NCBI GenBank assembly: GCA_026393975.1
Contig: JAPKZD010000012.1
Coordinates: 27,007-91,006 of the forward strand
DNA from: Candidatus Aminicenantes bacterium
GTDB taxonomy: Bacteria; Acidobacteriota; Aminicenantia; Aminicenantales; Saccharicenantaceae
DNA length: 64,000 bases
Direction of reading: 5' to 3'
A program made the position numbers and the translations under genes. The notes below the pieces were generated by a model. It saw only the letters and a list, made by a program, of their open reading frames with translations, ran no database searches and was not told the DNA's origin. Positions 60,969-64,000 of the stretch are shown in pieces. Positions within the stretch are counted from its first letter, which is position 1, and each line of letters starts with the position of its first letter.

Positions 60969-62423
60969 ATGAAGCCCGAGAGGAAGGCCAGGATTCTCGT
61001 CATCGACGACGAGGAGAACATCCGTAAATCCCTGAAGATGATCCTCGAGTATGAAGGATACGACTTTTTCGAGGCCGGGACCGGCGAGGATGGCCTGGAT
61101 GTTCTTCGTGAGACCGTCGGCATCGACCTCGTCCTTCTCGACATCAAGATGCCGGGGAAGAGCGGCCTCGAGGTCCTGGCCGAGCTCAAGCAGAGGCCTT
61201 TCGTCCCGGACGTCATCATGATCTCGGGACAGGGCACCATCCATGCGGCTGTCGAGGCCACCAAGCTGGGCGCTTTCGATTTCCTGGAGAAGCCGCTCCA
61301 CCGGGAGCGCGTCCTCCTGAGCATCCGCAACGCCCTCAAGCAGACGAGCCTCGCCCGCGAGTGCCAGGACCTCAAGAAGAAGGCGGAGAAACACTACGAG
61401 ATCATCGGCAACCACCCCCTCGTCCAGACGCTCTGGAAGGAGATCCTCAAGATCTCGCCGACCAACGCCACGGTCCTGATCTATGGCGAGAGCGGGACGG
61501 GAAAGGAGCTCGTCGCCCGTTCCATCCACGCCCACAGCCTGCGATCCCGGGAGACCTTCGTCCAGGTGAATTGCGCCGCCATACCGGAGGAGCTCATCGA
61601 GAGCGAGCTCTTCGGCCACGAGAAAGGGGCCTTCACCGGGGCCACGGAGAAAAAGACGGGCAAGTTCGAGCAGGCCGATGGCGGCACGATCTTCCTCGAC
61701 GAGATCGGCGACATGAGTCTCCGGACCCAGTCCAAGGTCCTCCGTGTCCTCGAGGAGGGCGAGGTCCAGAAGGTCGGCTCGAGCCGGATTTCCAAGGTCG
61801 ACGTCCGGGTCATCGCTGCGACGAACAAGGACCTCCGTAAGGAGATCCAGGAAGGGAGGTTCAGGGAAGACCTTTACTTCAGGCTCAACGTCGTCCCCCT
61901 GTACTCGCCGCCCCTGCGCGCGAGGCCGGAGGACGTCCCGCTCCTCGTCGACTATTTTTCGCGGACGTTCGCCGAGGAGAACAACTTCCGGCCGCGGAAG
62001 TTCTCGGCGGAAGCCCTCGAAGCCATGTCCCGGTACGCTTGGAAAGGCAACGTCCGCGAGCTCAAGAACATCGTCGAGCGGCTGATGATCATGACCGACA
62101 GGGACACGATCGAGAGAAGGGACCTGCCCGAACCGCTGCGGGAGAAGCCGGAGGCGGCGCTGCCCGAGGCGGCCGGGATCAAGACCCTCCGCGAATTCCG
62201 GGACATGGCCGAGCGGGATTTCCTCCTGGCCAAGCTCGAAGCAAACGGCTGGAACATCTCCCAGACGGCCCGGGAGATCGACACGCCGCGGAGCAACCTC
62301 TATAAAAAACTCGAACAATACGGTATAAAGATAACGGCCGGAGTGGGCGAGACGGTCGCCGCTCCTTCCCGCGAGGGAGGAGGGGAGGAAAGTCCGGACT
62401 CCGAAGGGCAGGATGGTCGCTAA
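60969..62423 (+). CDS. Sigma-54-dependent response regulator (NtrX/NtrC-like)
   Basis: REC domain (IDDE, LLDIKMP, EKP); AAA+ domain GESGTGKE, GAFTGA, FLDEIG; Fis-type HTH; 31-aa tail mostly encoded by rnpB. Confidence 0.93.
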   Translation: MKPERKARILVIDDEENIRKSLKMILEYEGYDFFEAGTGEDGLDVLRETVGIDLVLLDIKMPGKSGLEVLAELKQRPFVPDVIMISGQGTIHAAVEATKLGAFDFLEKPLHRERVLLSIRNALKQTSLARECQDLKKKAEKHYEIIGNHPLVQTLWKEILKISPTNATVLIYGESGTGKELVARSIHAHSLRSRETFVQVNCAAIPEELIESELFGHEKGAFTGATEKKTGKFEQADGGTIFLDEIGDMSLRTQSKVLRVLEEGEVQKVGSSRISKVDVRVIAATNKDLRKEIQEGRFREDLYFRLNVVPLYSPPLRARPEDVPLLVDYFSRTFAEENNFRPRKFSAEALEAMSRYAWKGNVRELKNIVERLMIMTDRDTIERRDLPEPLREKPEAALPEAAGIKTLREFRDMAERDFLLAKLEANGWNISQTAREIDTPRSNLYKKLEQYGIKITAGVGETVAAPSREGGGEESPDSEGQDGR

Positions 62424-62720
62424 CAGCGACCCCGGGCGACCGGGGGAAAGTGCCACAGAAAACACACCGCCCTCTGGGCCAGGCGCAGCCTTCCCGGGGA
62501 GCAAGGGTGAAATGGCGAGGTAAGAGCTCACCGCCCCGGCGGCGACGCCGGGGGCAAGGCAAACCCCATCCGGAGCAAGGCCAAACGAGCCCCGTTTTGG
62601 GACTGCCCGTCCCAGGGGGCGGGTCGGCCGCTCGAGCCCCGGGGCAACCCGGGGCCTAGTCAAATGACCGTCGCCCGTTTCGGCGGGAACAGGATCCGGC
62701 TTACGTCCCGCTCCGGCCGT
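62334..62720 (+). ncRNA. rnpB: RNase P RNA (bacterial type A)
   Basis: GAGGAAAGTCCGGACTC at 62385, GAAAGTGCCACAGAAA, GGTAAGAGCTCACC, AACAGGATCCGGCTTAC at 62688; P1 pairing ACGGCCGGAGTGGG / CCCGCTCCGGCCGT; followed by a T-rich run. Confidence 0.97.
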
Positions 62721-62806
62721 TTCTTTTTTCCGAGCGTACGGGGTCTGCCGATCTTAAGGGGGGAGCGTCCTGTCCGAGGCATCGGATTTATGCTATAAAC
62801 AGGCCG

Positions 62807-63043
62807 ATGATTCCCTACAATGCCATCGGGATCGGGATTTCTGTAATTTTCGGAGTGTGGGCTTTTCTCGTTGCCGAGACGCTCAAAGAGCGGGCCATCA
62901 TCGCCGGAATTCCCGTCGTCATTTTCCTGATCCCCATCTTCTTCCGGTCTCCAGCCGGCTGGCTGATCTCCACCATAGGCTGGGTAGTCTACGGACTCGG
63001 CTGTATTATTTACCTACGCTATAAAGGCATGCCGATCCGATGA
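62807..63043 (+). CDS. Small three-helix membrane protein of unknown function
   Basis: 78 aa, hydrophobic; stop overlaps the next ATG; extended -10 element just upstream. Confidence 0.65.
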   Translation: MIPYNAIGIGISVIFGVWAFLVAETLKERAIIAGIPVVIFLIPIFFRSPAGWLISTIGWVVYGLGCIIYLRYKGMPIR

Positions 63044-64000
63044 AGCGGTTCGCCTGGTGGAAGGACGCATCGCCGGACGCCCGGCGGTCGCTTGTTGCGG
63101 CCTCGTTCGGCTGGATGCTCGACTCCTTCGACATCATGCTCTACGCCATGGTCCTGGCAGCCCTCATGTCCGATATGAGCATGGCCAAGGCGACGGCCGG
63201 ACTGCTGGGCTCTCTGACGCTCATCTCTTCCGCTGTCGGCGGCCTGGTTTTCGGCGTCATCGCCGACCGCTTCGGCCGCCGCCGGGCCCTGATGGGCAGC
63301 ATCCTGATCTATTCTGTTTTTACCGCCGCCTGCGGCTTCGCCCCGAGCGTCGTAATGCTCGCCGTCTTCCGGATTTTCCTGGGCCTAGGCATGGGCGGGG
63401 AGTGGGCGAGCGGGGCGGCCCTCGTCTCAGAAACCTGGCCGGCCGAGCACCGCGGCAAGGCCCTGGGTATCGTCCAGAGCTCCTGGGCCGTCGGCTACGC
63501 GGCCGCGGCGGCGGTTGCCGCGATCGTCCTGCCCGTGTGGGGCTGGAGGGGCGTCTTTTTCGTCGGCGTCATCCCGGCATTTTTCACGCTCTGGATCCAG
63601 AAGAGGGTCCGGGAGCCGGAGATATGGAAGGCCGGCCGGGCGGCGGCGCCGAGCGTTCGGGCGGGATTCGGCGAGATCTTCGGGAAAAAGAGGCTCCGGT
63701 TGACCATCCTCGTGACCCTGATGAACGCGTGCACTATGTTCGCTTGGTGGGGCTTCAACCTCTGGCTCCCGGCTTACCTGTCGATGGCCCCCGACCAGGG
63801 AGGCATCGGCCTTAGCGCCCGGACCATGTCTGGGTTGGTCATCTTCATGCAGGCAGGGATGTGGCTCGGCTATATCACCTTCGGATTCATCAGCGACAGG
63901 CTCGGGCGGAAGCGGTCGTATGTGGGATTCCTTATAGCCGCTTCTGTATTCATGCTCCTGTACTCCCAGACACGTCAACCGCTTCTCCTCCTCATCCTGG
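63040..64000 (+). CDS. MFS transporter (sialate/aromatic acid:H+ symporter-like), runs off the right edge of the window
   Basis: Manual translation MKRFAWWKDASPDARRSLVAASFGWMLDSFD..GVIADRFGRRR..GLGMGGEW..ETWPAEHRGKA; not in the track because it has no stop. Confidence 0.88.
   Translation, partial: MKRFAWWKDASPDARRSLVAASFGWMLDSFDIMLYAMVLAALMSDMSMAKATAGLLGSLTLISSAVGGLVFGVIADRFGRRRALMGSILIYSVFTAACGFAPSVVMLAVFRIFLGLGMGGEWASGAALVSETWPAEHRGKALGIVQSSWAVGYAAAAAVAAIVLPVWGWRGVFFVGVIPAFFTLWIQKRVREPEIWKAGRAAAPSVRAGFGEIFGKKRLRLTILVTLMNACTMFAWWGFNLWLPAYLSMAPDQGGIGLSARTMSGLVIFMQAGMWLGYITFGFISDRLGRKRSYVGFLIAASVFMLLYSQTRQPLLLLIL

Overview
A GC-rich chromosomal window from a diderm (two Omp85-type proteins), probably anaerobic (pyruvate:ferredoxin oxidoreductase) bacterium that degrades peptides and glycans. 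The gene set resembles Aminicenantes/Acidobacteriota, but that assignment is inference. It holds about 47 protein genes, two tRNA-Ser genes and the RNase P RNA gene. I see no prophage, intact IS element, CRISPR array or defence island. Main blocks: (1) a heparinase II/III-like secreted protein divergent from a Tat-exported DUF362 + DUF6599 pair; (2) a six-gene peptide-utilisation operon (DctM-like transporter, unannotated 49-aa membrane protein, M14-like zinc hydrolase, two C69 Ntn-hydrolases, DUF6305) divergent from a zincin + beta-propeller + Omp85 fusion; (3) a Gfo/Idh/MocA + TIM-barrel/DUF1080 + MFS cluster resembling 3-keto-glycoside pathways; (4) GH29, GH20, CBM9-like, GH127 and VPS10-like glycan genes; (5) amino-acid catabolism genes (proline/sarcosine dehydrogenase-like pair, GGT, saccharopine dehydrogenase family, rocD, PFOR); (6) housekeeping genes (mscL, hflKC, thrC, tadA, hom, dnaX-ybaB-recR, M16 pair). 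The most striking directly visible oddity is a sigma-54 response-regulator ORF that reads about 90 nt into rnpB and takes its stop codon from the P8 hairpin of the ribozyme. All family calls come from motif recognition by eye; no database search was run.
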